This document shows positions 42,994-51,832 of a stretch of DNA of 64,000 nt, one piece after another; the first letter of the stretch is position 1, and every line of letters begins with the position of its first letter. Source of the stretch: an uncultured Alphaproteobacteria bacterium (GTDB lineage Bacteria > Pseudomonadota > Alphaproteobacteria > Rhizobiales > Xanthobacteraceae); the NCBI GenBank assembly GCA_963736605.1, contig CAVTPQ010000003.1, positions 469,064 through 533,063 on the forward strand, given 5' to 3'. The notes beneath the pieces are model-generated. The model made no database searches. It was not told where the DNA came from and saw only the letters and a list, made by a program, of their open reading frames with translations. The translations under genes and the position numbers were made by a program.

Positions 42994-43501
42994 GGATGCC
43001 TTTCAAACGAAGATTCTTGCGCTCACTGATGCTGGCGCCGCAGCGGTCGGAGCCTCCACATCACGACGTCGATCCGATGGTGATGGAGTTGGATCAGCCT
43101 TGTCCGTGGCCGCTTCGCCAGCTCATGCCGACGCAATCGACAAGAGCGAATTGGCGTTTCCCGAGCCTCGTCGGATTCGCGACAAGGGTCACATGAGGTT
43201 CGTTGCCCAGCAGCCCTGCCTGATCTGCGGCCGCAGTCCTTCGGATGCGCACCACATACGCTTCGCGCAAAGCCGCGCGCTCGCCCGCAAGGTCAGCGAC
43301 GAATTTACCGTGCCGCTGTGCCGTGGACACCACCGCGAACTTCATCGCTGCGGCGATGAAACCAGATGGTGGGGGAAGATCGGGATCGATCCAACCGCAG
43401 CAGCCCGCGCCTTATGGCTCGAAACGCATCCCATGCCAGCGGTCCCGAATGAAACAGGTATCAATGCCGAAGGTCGCATCACGTTCAATAAATCCACTTG
43501 A
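42947..43501 (+). CDS. HNH/zinc-finger nuclease-like ORF (probably the displaced C-terminal part of the ERF gene product)
   Basis: [50 protein letters not shown]. The frame is open from 42851. Confidence 0.55.
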   Translation: MPAKNSLSAGDAKRVEDAFQTKILALTDAGAAAVGASTSRRRSDGDGVGSALSVAASPAHADAIDKSELAFPEPRRIRDKGHMRFVAQQPCLICGRSPSDAHHIRFAQSRALARKVSDEFTVPLCRGHHRELHRCGDETRWWGKIGIDPTAAARALWLETHPMPAVPNETGINAEGRITFNKST

Positions 43502-43576
43502 GGCGATGCGCAATAATCATCCCAGACGACATCTGCGGCCAAAATACAAAACCAAGGCAATTGGGGCGCCAACTCC

Positions 43577-44284
43577 TCAATGTCGCGCTCCCAGCGAGCG
43601 CCTATAATATTTCAGCAGACGATCTAGTGGAGCTCTTTCGGCCGGAGGCATATGCTCGATAATCTTGACCATGATCTCTTTGCGCCGGCGACGGTCTCGA
43701 CGAGACCAATTTTCTTCTCCCTTTTCAATCAACGCGTCAAAATCTATGAGCTCATCGCTGCTGAGCGCCTCAAAGAGATTCGGCTCAGGAATAGGTCCGC
43801 CCGCCCCAAGTGTACCGCTGGGAAGGCCCGGCCAACAGAACATGTCGTCGATTCCTACAAGACCCGGTTCCGGCGGCGGATCTGGAAAAGTCGGCAAACC
43901 AAAACCAAGTATCTGGGCGTCGATGTGACACATGCAGAATACTAACAGCCATTGTGGCGCGGAACGCAGGACCTGAGCGAACTTGGCGTTCTCGGTATCG
44001 CCTGGCACTTCTGCCATGACAAACTCATGTACTAACAGGGGGTATCCTGCCGGCTGAACATTAGTAAGCCGAAAGTTCTCAAGCATCCGATCCCGCGCGC
44101 ACTTCAGCGGTTCGTCCATCTGCGGATCACCGTGCAAAACGAGAGCCGCCACCATCGCGGCGTGTTCGCGCGCAGCTTGGCTTAGCCGTTCCACCTGCTC
44201 CGATGTTCTTCGCTTCCGTACTGCTGCTGTTGCTTCCCCTTGCTTCTCAAGGCGGTCTAGCCGGTGATTGATAGCTCGGTTCAC
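43577..44284 (-). CDS. Hypothetical 235-aa protein (no recognisable motif)
   Basis: GTG start 36 nt after the DUF5681 gene; coding-like codon usage. Confidence 0.55.
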   Translation of the reverse strand: MNRAINHRLDRLEKQGEATAAVRKRRTSEQVERLSQAAREHAAMVAALVLHGDPQMDEPLKCARDRMLENFRLTNVQPAGYPLLVHEFVMAEVPGDTENAKFAQVLRSAPQWLLVFCMCHIDAQILGFGLPTFPDPPPEPGLVGIDDMFCWPGLPSGTLGAGGPIPEPNLFEALSSDELIDFDALIEKGEENWSRRDRRRRKEIMVKIIEHMPPAERAPLDRLLKYYRRSLGARH

Positions 44285-44320
44285 TGCTCGCCTCCAGTTT
44301 TCAGCACGTCTCGATGTAGC

Positions 44321-44797
44321 TCACGCTTCGTACTGTTGCCTGATCTGCCCCTCAAGTGTGTCCGCTTGGATCTGTTTCTCCAGCGCATCCACGCGTTTCA
44401 CCACATCGACAATCTCGATCGCGCGCGCAGTCGAATTCACCACCGTGGCCAGCGCCGCTCCTTCACTCGGCGTAATTTTGCCCTCCGCAATACCGAGCAT
44501 GATAGCGTCGAGAACCTCAACCGCGTCGTCGGCAAAATTCATGCGCGGGAGATCGAGCTTGATCAGCCGCTCCCGTGGCAGCATCCGACCGAGGAAGAAC
44601 TTCAACATCGGGACGTCGCCCGCCAAGGCGACCTCCTTGGCCTTTTGCGTCAAAGCTGCCTCATCACCTTGCGCCAGTGCCGCCGCGATGACCGTGGTAC
44701 GGTTTCTGGATCCTGGTTTTCGACCGCCGTTTCCCTTGCGAAATGGGCGACCTCGAACAGAGGGTCCGCGCGACGATGGGTCCTGTGATTGTCCCAT
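44321..44797 (-). CDS. DUF5681-like phage-associated protein
   Basis: N-terminal GRPFRKGNGGRKPGSRN motif, then a helical body. Confidence 0.6.
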   Translation of the reverse strand: MGQSQDPSSRGPSVRGRPFRKGNGGRKPGSRNRTTVIAAALAQGDEAALTQKAKEVALAGDVPMLKFFLGRMLPRERLIKLDLPRMNFADDAVEVLDAIMLGIAEGKITPSEGAALATVVNSTARAIEIVDVVKRVDALEKQIQADTLEGQIRQQYEA

Positions 44798-44884
44798 AGA
44801 TCGTCCCTTCCCTTGTCAGTTCAACGGGATCGGGCGAGTAATCTATTGTGTGTTTATTTATGCTGCAACAATCTTAATGAGTAT

Positions 44885-44925
44885 AGAGCGGTTATTTAAC
44901 CGCTTAGAGCGGTTAAATAACCGCT
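44885..44925. promoter_or_regulatory. Two 20-nt palindromic sites, 21 nt centre to centre (operator-like)
   Basis: agagcggttaTTtaaccgct (44885-44904) and agagcggttaAAtaaccgct (44906-44925), in A/T-rich DNA upstream of the DUF5681 operon. Confidence 0.4.
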
Positions 44926-45425
44926 CCAACTCGATTAAATACCATATCCACGCTATTTAATTACTTATACATACTACGAATAGTGCTTATTGATCGCACA
45001 TCACAACACGTTTACCTGTGCCGATGGGGGTCTTCTAGAAACTGCCAGCCGCCAGCCAATCCGGCGTAAATCACGCCTATTTACGCGGAAGGTTCTGAAC
45101 GGCGGGACGGGCGCATCGGGACACGAATAATCACAACGCCCGACGTCGGATCGCGCCTGCAACCAGAACCTTATCAAGCTGTCTAGCTTGACAGCCGGCC
45201 GCAAAGCTTTGTGGCGCAGTGGATGATCCAATCGAACGGATCGTCCACAGCTGCAGACGTCGACGTATCTAATATGGATTAGAAGGTGATCGTGGCGGTC
45301 AGCATCGCTTTAGTAGCCGTGAGTCTGGAATTAACCGGCGCCGGCTTTTGGCAGAACGAAGCCAAAATGTCTAACGTCATCAATGAGCGTATTTTCTGAG
45401 CACGGTCGCAAGCGTACCGGCATCA

Positions 45426-46385
45426 TCACATCCGCAACAGCCGCTTGGCATTGCCGGAAAGGATCTTGGCCTTGTCTTCGTCGCACAGCGGGACGCCCTC
45501 CATCCATTTGGTCGCCGGCGGATTCGTCACGAACGGCCAGTCGACGGCGAACAGGATATGATCGATGCCCATTTCCATGACGCAGCAGAGCAGCGCCGGA
45601 TTGGAGAAATTGCCGCTCGTCGTGATGTAGAAATTGCCGCAAAAAATGTCGCGGAAGCTCATCGCCTTTTGCCCCGGCCGCGCCAGCGCCTGATCGATGC
45701 GCCAGACCAAAAATGGCAGCGTCTCGCCGAGATGGCCCAAAATGATTTTCAGCTTCGGGTGTTGCTCGAATACGCCGGAGAGCACCAAGCGTATGGCGAG
45801 CGTCGCGGTCTCGACGGTGTAGCCCCAAGCCGGCCGCGCCACCATCGGGAAGTCCTTGACGTAGTCCTCGTAATAGATGCGCATGACGTCGGCATTCGGC
45901 AGCGACGGATGCAGGTAGATCGGCACGTCGAGCGCTTCGGCGCGCGCGTAAATCGGCCAGAAGCGCTTGTGGTCGAGGAACGTGCCGTTGGCGAGACCGT
46001 GCAACATGGCGCCCTTGAAGCCGAGCTTGACGGTGCGTTCGAGTTCGTCGGCGGCCTGCTCCGGAACCGCGGTAGGCAACGCGGCAAAGGCGGCGAAACG
46101 CGGATTGCCGGCGACGATTTTGTGCAGACGGTCATTGACGCGGCGGGTCAAGGCGGCGGCGGTCTCGGCCGGCAGTTTCTGCGTCGACGGCGCGCCATGC
46201 GAAATCACCTGAATGTCGATGCCGGCCTCGTCCATTTCCTCAATGCGCAGCGCGTCAAAATCGTGCAGCCGCTTGGATTGCTCGCCGGGCCGGCCGGCCT
46301 CGCCGCCGCTATAGGTTTTGGCCAGCTCCTCGTCCCAATAATGCTCTTCGATGGCGATGACGGGACAGTACGGTTTCTTGAACAT
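45426..46385 (-). CDS. Amidohydrolase-2 family protein, paralog 3
   Basis: VIAIEEHY, IDIQVISH, IYLHP, GHLGE, LFAVDWPF. Confidence 0.85.
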   Translation of the reverse strand: MFKKPYCPVIAIEEHYWDEELAKTYSGGEAGRPGEQSKRLHDFDALRIEEMDEAGIDIQVISHGAPSTQKLPAETAAALTRRVNDRLHKIVAGNPRFAAFAALPTAVPEQAADELERTVKLGFKGAMLHGLANGTFLDHKRFWPIYARAEALDVPIYLHPSLPNADVMRIYYEDYVKDFPMVARPAWGYTVETATLAIRLVLSGVFEQHPKLKIILGHLGETLPFLVWRIDQALARPGQKAMSFRDIFCGNFYITTSGNFSNPALLCCVMEMGIDHILFAVDWPFVTNPPATKWMEGVPLCDEDKAKILSGNAKRLLRM

Positions 46386-46471
46386 CGATTTTGCCTTTCT
46401 CGATTGTGCGAACTGCAGGGAACATCCGTCTTGAACGGACGTTAGTTGTGGATCGATGACGGAGGCATACT

Positions 46472-46690
46472 ATGCGTACGATCGTGACGGTGACTTTGCT
46501 CGCAGCGGCGCTCGCCGGTTCGAGCGCGTTGGCGCAATCGGGCTATGTCCACCACAATTTCTGCCTGAAGACCGGATCGGGTCAGGACTGTGGCTACCAG
46601 ACCATGGCGCAATGCGAAGCGTCGAAACGCGGCAGTGCCGATTTCTGCGTTCAGAACAGCGCTCCCATCAATCACGCGACGCGCCAATAG
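46472..46690 (+). CDS. DUF3551-like small secreted Cys protein
   Basis: Signal peptide; FCLKTGSGQDCGYQTMAQCEASKRGSADFCVQN. Confidence 0.6.
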   Translation: MRTIVTVTLLAAALAGSSALAQSGYVHHNFCLKTGSGQDCGYQTMAQCEASKRGSADFCVQNSAPINHATRQ

Positions 46691-46693
46691 CGT

Positions 46694-47101
46694 TCACGCG
46701 ACCACCGGATGCCGGCGATAATAATCGGCGTCCTCGGCGCCTTGCGACCAACCCGGCCGGCCGCGCCAGTCCAAATGCCGCGCGGCCATGTCGCTGCCGT
46801 AGCGGACTCGGAACAACAGGGTGCGCTGCGGCCCGTTGGCATATTCGTGCACTTCGCCGGGCGGATGGACGACAAAGGCGCCGGGAACGACCGTAACGGT
46901 TTGCGCCGGGGTGCGCATCGTGCCGCCGCCTTCGAAGCAGAAGTAGATCTCGGTGGCATGCGGGTGACAATGATAGGGGCTGATCTGCCCCGGTTCCCAG
47001 CAGGCGACGGTCACATCGCCGGCTTCGATCTTGCCGAGTATTTTTTCGACGTGTTTCTTCGGGTCGAATTCGGCTTGGTCCACCACGCTGAAGACATGCA
47101 T
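46694..47101 (-). CDS. Cupin domain protein
   Basis: PYHCHPHATEIYFCFEGGG...PPGEVHEY. Confidence 0.75.
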   Translation of the reverse strand: MHVFSVVDQAEFDPKKHVEKILGKIEAGDVTVACWEPGQISPYHCHPHATEIYFCFEGGGTMRTPAQTVTVVPGAFVVHPPGEVHEYANGPQRTLLFRVRYGSDMAARHLDWRGRPGWSQGAEDADYYRRHPVVA

Positions 47102-47330
47102 CGTTTGATCTCCTCGGGCACTCTTTGTTGTTTGCAGAAACCAAGGTTAGGCTAAATCCGCCGCCCTTGCGACGGGTCGTTAATCCACGGGCTATGGGCG
47201 CGTAAGCCAAGCAGTGCATGCAATGCTGGCTTGTTGGGGCGGAGGATGCTAAAAGTTCGAGTCGAACCTTAAGTTAGGTAAGGGAGGGGCGTCGGAGCGA
47301 GGGCAGCTAGCTGCCAGGGGGACAGGGATT

Positions 47331-47483
47331 ATGGCCCATCTCGCCGACAAGACCCATTTCGACAGGCACACGCTCGCGCGGGTGAATTCAGCCATCATGC
47401 TCGGCCTGATCGGCGGCGGCCTATTGGTTTGCGTGCTCGGTGCCGCCGTCTATGACCTCAATCGGCTGTTTTCAGGCTGGTGA
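47331..47483 (+). CDS. Possible 50-aa single-TM protein (unannotated small ORF)
   Basis: MAHLADKTHFDRHTLARVNSAIMLGLIGGGLLVCVLGAAVYDLNRLFSGW. Confidence 0.3.
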   Translation: MAHLADKTHFDRHTLARVNSAIMLGLIGGGLLVCVLGAAVYDLNRLFSGW

Positions 47484-47629
47484 TTTCGGCGCTGCTGCGG
47501 CTGCGGTGCGTCGTTCTAATATACTGATAGCAAAGAATTTTCCCCACTTTGCCGCGGTGGCTCCGCGGTAAGGCGGCATTAAGCGTCGCAAGCGTATTGT
47601 CATTCGGTAACGTACGCGCCGGTGAGGGG

Positions 47630-48025
47630 ATGATGGGCGAACGCCGCGGATCGAGACGCAGCAAGAGCTTCCTGCGCGGCTTTGTCTATGTCAGCCGCAA
47701 GCGCGGGGCGCTGGCTTGCCTCATTCGCGATCTGTCCGAAAAGGGCGCCCGCATCATCTTTTCCGACACGGTGACGCTGCCTGAAGTGGTGGAGCTCTAC
47801 ATCCCGCAACGCGAGCAGACCTTGCGCGCGCGGGTGCAGTGGCGCCGCAACGACGAGATCGGGCTTGCCTTCACCGAAATCGAGCGCGCCGCCGACGCCT
47901 CGCCGAGCGCCGCGGAAGTTGCTCAGCGCCTCGCCATGTTGGAAGCCGAAATCGCTTCGCTACGGGTGCTGCTCAAGCGGCTCAAGGCCGAAAAAGCCAA
48001 CCCGGCCGACGAAGCGGCAGCCTAG
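47630..48025 (+). CDS. PilZ domain protein with C-terminal coiled coil
   Basis: RRGSRR..FLRGFV...LACLIRDLSEKGARI...ARVQWRRNDEIGLAF. Confidence 0.7.
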   Translation: MMGERRGSRRSKSFLRGFVYVSRKRGALACLIRDLSEKGARIIFSDTVTLPEVVELYIPQREQTLRARVQWRRNDEIGLAFTEIERAADASPSAAEVAQRLAMLEAEIASLRVLLKRLKAEKANPADEAAA

Positions 48026-48112
48026 CGCACCAGCACGCCTTATTCCGAGGCCTCGCTTTCGTTGCGGCCGGCCTGATAATCTGCCCCTGACCGAAGCTTA
48101 AGGGAGAACGTC

Positions 48113-48406
48113 ATGGCCAAGGGCTATTGGATTGCGACCTATTTTTCGATTTCGAACCCGGATGCGCTTGCGGAATATGCCAAGCTCGCCGGTCCGGCGA
48201 TTACCGCCGCAGGCGGCCGCTTCCTGGCGCGCGGTACCGCCGCCAAGGCTTACGAAAAGGGCCTCAAGCAGCGCGTCGTCCTGATCGAATTCGACAACGT
48301 CGACAAGGCCGCCGCGGCCCATGACAGCGCCGGCTATCAGGCCGCGCTCAAAGTGCTCGGCAATGGCGTCGACCGCGACTTGCGCATCGTCGAAGGGATT
48401 TCTTGA
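48113..48406 (+). CDS. DUF1330 domain protein
   Basis: MAKGYWIATYFSISNPDALAEY...VVLIEFDNVDKAAAAHDSAGYQ. Confidence 0.8.
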   Translation: MAKGYWIATYFSISNPDALAEYAKLAGPAITAAGGRFLARGTAAKAYEKGLKQRVVLIEFDNVDKAAAAHDSAGYQAALKVLGNGVDRDLRIVEGIS

Positions 48407-48414
48407 GCGTAATT

Positions 48415-48537
48415 TGATTGGGGCATGATTTTATCCGACCTTGCTTCGCCCGCCGAAGCGGGCTTCGCGTAGGCGGGAAAACCGGTATCCATCCCGGATC
48501 GCCTCCGGGACATGCTTTTCGGGATCATGCCCTAATC
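48415..48537. repeat. REP-like inverted repeat (gattggggcatgatt...gggatcatgccctaatc)
   Basis: Terminal inverted arms plus inner hairpins cgcccgccgaagcgggcttcgcg. It overlaps the stop of the next gene. Confidence 0.55.
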
Positions 48538-48813
48538 GAACATCCGCTCGCCCTGCAGATCGATGATCTGACGCGCCTTGTTGATCGTGAAAGTGACCGC
48601 ATCATCGTATGAAGCGTAGGCGTCGGCGCGGATGAAGCGGTGCTCCTTGCGCTTGCCGCCGATCTCGCGCGCGATCACGCCCGCGGTTTGATAGTGACCG
48701 TCGTTCTTGTACGGTGCCGCGCGGATGACAAAGCCCTTATATTCGACCGGGTCGGAGAGCCTTGCGGCCGGCGCAGATTTGCCGCGGCCAAACAGCGTGC
48801 TGAAAAAAGACAT
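48532..48813 (-). CDS. HlyU-like small protein
   Basis: MSFFSTLFGRGK...VEYKGFVIRAAPYKNDGHYQTAGVIARE..HRFIRADAY...KARQIIDLQGERMF. Confidence 0.55.
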   Translation of the reverse strand: MSFFSTLFGRGKSAPAARLSDPVEYKGFVIRAAPYKNDGHYQTAGVIAREIGGKRKEHRFIRADAYASYDDAVTFTINKARQIIDLQGERMFD

Positions 48814-48912
48814 CGCCTGTCTCCCGTTCTCGCGTTTTTCGCCTGTTATGCGCTTCTCCGGAATGTTACTCCTCAGCGCTGCACGACGCATCCCCTGCAT
48901 GGAGTGGTTACG

Positions 48913-49206
48913 ATGCCGAAAGCCTACTGGGTGACCTGCTATCGCTCGATCTCCGATCCGCAAAAGCTCGCGGCTTACGCCAAGCTGGCGCCGCCTGCGG
49001 TGACGCCGTTCGGCGCCCGCTATATCGCGCGCGGCACGGCGGCGGCGGCCTTCGAATCCGGGCAAAAAGAGCGCATTGTGATTTCGGAGTTTCCGAGCCT
49101 GGAGAAGGCGATCGCTGCCTATAACAGCCCGGCCTACCAGGAAGCCCTCAAGGCGCTTGGCGATGGCGCGGTGCGCGACATCCGCATCGTTGAGGGAACC
49201 GATTAA
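48913..49206 (+). CDS. DUF1330 domain protein (second copy)
   Basis: MPKAYWVTCYRSISDPQKLAAY...IVISEFPSLEKAIAAYNSPAYQ. Confidence 0.8.
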   Translation: MPKAYWVTCYRSISDPQKLAAYAKLAPPAVTPFGARYIARGTAAAAFESGQKERIVISEFPSLEKAIAAYNSPAYQEALKALGDGAVRDIRIVEGTD

Positions 49207-49423
49207 CGCTGCCCTGGTTAACGCTGCTCCCGGCTGGCAAGTCAGCGCGATTGCCAAACCGGCCAAGCGCCACTATATACGCGCCATTCGCGATTTAGCC
49301 TGCCTTGCCGTCTCGCCCTGGCTTTAAAGGGCCATTCCCAAGCAACGCAAAATCCGGATTGAAGACAGTGCGAATGGTTCGCACGGTCGCAAAACGCATG
49401 ATGCGTTTCAAATGGAGGGCCAC

Positions 49424-49633
49424 ATGGCTCAAGGTACCGTCAAGTTTTTCAACGCCCAGAAGGGTTACGGCTTCATCGTCCAGGACGCGGGCGGCCCCGA
49501 TGTGTTCGTTCATATCTCCGCCGTCGAGCGCGCCGGCATGACCAGCCTCAACGAAGGCCAGAAGCTCACCTTCGATATCGAAGCCGACCGGCGCAGCGGC
49601 AAGTCCGCTGCCACCAATCTGCAAGCGGCGTAA
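49424..49633 (+). CDS. cspA: Cold-shock protein (CSD)
   Basis: GTVKFFNAQKGYGFIVQD..GPDVFVHISAV. Preceded by a long leader of about 215 nt. Confidence 0.9.
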   Translation: MAQGTVKFFNAQKGYGFIVQDAGGPDVFVHISAVERAGMTSLNEGQKLTFDIEADRRSGKSAATNLQAA

Positions 49634-49652
49634 CTGACGGGCTTATATACAG

Positions 49653-49681
49653 CGCCGGCGTCATAATGGCGCCGGCGTTTT
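49653..49681 (+). terminator. Intrinsic terminator after cspA
   Basis: Stem cgccggcg (49653-60) / cgccggcg (49670-77), followed by tttt. Confidence 0.5.
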
Positions 49682-49710
49682 CGTTCAGAAATATCCCGAG
49701 GAGAAGAATC

Positions 49711-49971
49711 ATGCCAAGAAAGCCGGGACTGAATTCGGAATTCGTCATGTTCGACGTCCTCTATGAAGACGGCACGCAGCGTTCCAACCGCAAGGTGCCG
49801 CGCGCGCTGACCGGCGGCATCGACGGCGACAAGCCGGCGCACGGTTTTTTGATCGAGCAGGACCGCGACATCGCCGAAAAATCCGGCCGGCCGCCGGCCA
49901 AGATCAAGAGCATCACCCGCTCTGACGCCAAGAAGAAAGCGCGCGACGCGGACTGGAAAAAGGCCTGCTAG
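49711..49971 (+). CDS. Hypothetical 86-aa basic protein
   Basis: GAGGAG lies before the ATG; MPRKPGLNSEFVMFDVLYEDGTQRSNRKV... Confidence 0.5.
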   Translation: MPRKPGLNSEFVMFDVLYEDGTQRSNRKVPRALTGGIDGDKPAHGFLIEQDRDIAEKSGRPPAKIKSITRSDAKKKARDADWKKAC

Positions 49972-49997
49972 GTTCCCGCCAAAATTACTGCGAGGCT

Positions 49998-50404
49998 TCA
50001 GTAGCCGACCCGGGCGAAATGCCTGCGCAATAGCGCGACATTGCGCCGGTTGGCGCGGAAGAACACATCGAAAGCATCGCCGGCCAACGGCACGACGCCG
50101 ACCGCGCCTTCGAGCAAGACATTGCCGAGCATGCGCGCCAGCAATAGCCGCGGCACGCCGAGCCGGCGCGCCTCATAGAGCAGATAAAACGACAGCGCCG
50201 AGGCGATGGCGTCGCCGATGCCCGGGACAAGGCGCAGAGCGATTCCACGCCAAAGCGCACATGGGTGCCCGGCAGAATGAACGCGGTGTCGAATACGGTC
50301 GCCAGCATGTCGAGCCGGTCGAGAGCGGCGCGCCGCGACGCCGCATCGTAAGGACCTCCGTCGGTGAATTGGAAAGAGGCAAAGCCGGCGCGTGAGAAGC
50401 TCAT
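49998..50404 (-). pseudogene. DUF4112-family membrane protein gene with a 1-nt frameshift
   Basis: Frame A: MSFSRAG...LDMLATVFDTAFILPGTHVRFGVESL. The shifted frame continues LVPGIGDAIASALSFYLLYEARRLGVPRLLLARMLGNVLLEGAVGVVPLAGDAFDVFFRANRRNVALLRRHFARVGY*. Confidence 0.6.
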
Positions 50405-50532
50405 GTTTTCATTGGTCCTTCTGCCTCGCCTCACACAGATGGGAAGGCAATTACGGCCCGCAAGTGCTGGTGCGCTGGCGAAAATAGGCGATAGTCTGCA
50501 GTTCCATTCACTCAGGCGCTGCGGAGCACGCT

Positions 50533-50934
50533 ATGGCCCAAATTCAAATTCTCAATCCCGCAACTCTCGGCAGACCGCTCGGCCAATATTCGCAATTGAC
50601 GCGCGTCAAAACCTCGGAGTTTCTGTTCATCGCCGGTCAGGTCGGCGCCGACGCGAGCGGCAAGGCGCCCTCCGATTTCGACGCGCAAAGCGGTCTCGCC
50701 TTCGCCAATATCGGCGCGGCGCTCGCTTCGCAGGGCGCAAGTTTCGCCAATCTTGTCGAGTTCACCACCTATCTCGTGCACTCGCAGGACATTCCGCGAT
50801 TCATGGCCTATCGCTCGCGCGAATTTCCGAGGCTGTTCAACGGCGGCTCTTATCCGCCGAACACGCTGTTGATCATCGACCGCCTGGTGCAGGAACAGTT
50901 TCTGATCGAGGTCAGCGCGGTCGCGGCGTTGTAG
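50533..50934 (+). CDS. RidA/YjgF family protein
   Basis: GQYSQLTRV...FIAGQVG...TTYLV...PNTLLIIDRLV. Confidence 0.85.
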   Translation: MAQIQILNPATLGRPLGQYSQLTRVKTSEFLFIAGQVGADASGKAPSDFDAQSGLAFANIGAALASQGASFANLVEFTTYLVHSQDIPRFMAYRSREFPRLFNGGSYPPNTLLIIDRLVQEQFLIEVSAVAAL

Positions 50935-50965
50935 GTCCGCCTCTATCCGAGGCGGAAAAGGAAAG

Positions 50966-51367
50966 TCACTGGGGAAATTTGCGCCACGCGGTGGTCGTCG
51001 CCAGCACCGCGCCGTTCGCTCCGAGCGCCTTCACGGTGAACTGGTAAGTGTGGACTTCGCCCGGCGGCGGCGACGGACCGACGAAGCCCGTGGCGAAGGC
51101 GCCGCACGGCACTTCCGGCTGGCCGCGATAACCGACCGTGCCGCCGCCGTGATGAAACGACGGCTTGTCGAGATCCGTCATGGCAAACTGCAATGTCACC
51201 GTTCCGGCCGGCACGTCGGTCAGTGCAAAATTCGGCGAGCCCTGGCACCAGGTAAAGCTGGCGGAGAACGCCAGCGCGCCGGACGCGCCGAAGAGCTGCG
51301 CAAGCCCGAGCGCCAGCGCGGCGAGCCCGAAGGCGGCAGCCGGATATCGAAAATAACGGACGACCAT
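50966..51367 (-). CDS. YbhB/YbcL (PEBP-like) family protein, secreted
   Basis: GSPNFALTDVPAGTVTLQFAMTDLD...GPSPPPGEVHTYQFTVKAL. Confidence 0.6.
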   Translation of the reverse strand: MVVRYFRYPAAAFGLAALALGLAQLFGASGALAFSASFTWCQGSPNFALTDVPAGTVTLQFAMTDLDKPSFHHGGGTVGYRGQPEVPCGAFATGFVGPSPPPGEVHTYQFTVKALGANGAVLATTTAWRKFPQ

Positions 51368-51451
51368 TCTCGGCCTTAATGCGTCTGGAGCTCCGCCGTG
51401 CATTCTAGCACGGTCGCCCTGCGCTTTCCTCGCTGCGGAGGCAAGTGAAGT

Positions 51452-51688
51452 TCAGCTGTCGGCGCTGTCTTCCGGCCACTGCATTGCGGCCGCTTGCGCA
51501 CCGGCTTCAAGCGCGGCGCTTTCGAGGAGAAAGCCAACCGACGTAAGCCCGACGGCGCGCGCCCATTTCGCCATACCGAGCGCCTCGATTGCCAATTCCT
51601 CGGCGATGCGCGCGGGGTTGATCGCTTCAGCGGAGGAGACTTCCGCGGCGGGCTCGGAGGGACGACGGCGGCGGCTAGACCGACTCAT
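51452..51688 (-). CDS. Hypothetical 78-aa protein
   Basis: ORF with coding-like bias; no motif recognised. Confidence 0.4.
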   Translation of the reverse strand: MSRSSRRRRPSEPAAEVSSAEAINPARIAEELAIEALGMAKWARAVGLTSVGFLLESAALEAGAQAAAMQWPEDSADS

Positions 51689-51812
51689 TGTTTTTGCCTT
51701 CCCCCAGGTCGGCCGGATGAGCGCGCAAAGGCAGAGACATGCAACTTATATAATACTGATTGATTATCAATGATTGTCAACAAGGCTCAGTCACAACTCA
51801 AATAATATAAAT

Positions 51813-51832
51813 AAATTCAATGACTTGAATTT
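51813..51832. promoter_or_regulatory. 20-bp palindrome aaattcaa-tgac-ttgaattt in an A/T-rich divergent intergenic region
   Basis: Perfect 8-bp arms with a 4-nt spacer. Confidence 0.3.

Larger units (their letters stand above)
41125..44797. mobile_element. Phage-derived remnant (regulator + recombination module + two unknown genes); no integrase or att seen
   Basis: XRE, YqaJ, ERF, HNH-like and DUF5681 genes. GC is visibly lower than the flanks, by eye. Confidence 0.5.

Noticed and set aside
45001-45425. Possible tRNA, att site or integrase remnant at the right edge of the phage-derived block, including the 76-aa ORF 45001-45231
   Set aside because: I could find no cloverleaf-compatible sequence and no direct repeat matching the left edge by eye. 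The ORF translation is junk-like. A computational repeat and tRNA scan would still be worthwhile.
47102-47330. Possible sRNA or hairpin (aagccaagca...tgctggctt) upstream of the cupin gene
   Set aside because: The stem is imperfect and there is no U-tract on either strand, so the evidence is insufficient.
51755-51775. FNR/FixK-like box (TTGAT...ATCAA) in the A/T-rich region
   Set aside because: The half-sites are separated by only 1 nt (TTGAT-T-ATCAA) instead of the TTGA-N6-TCAA spacing, so this is not a FixK/FNR box.
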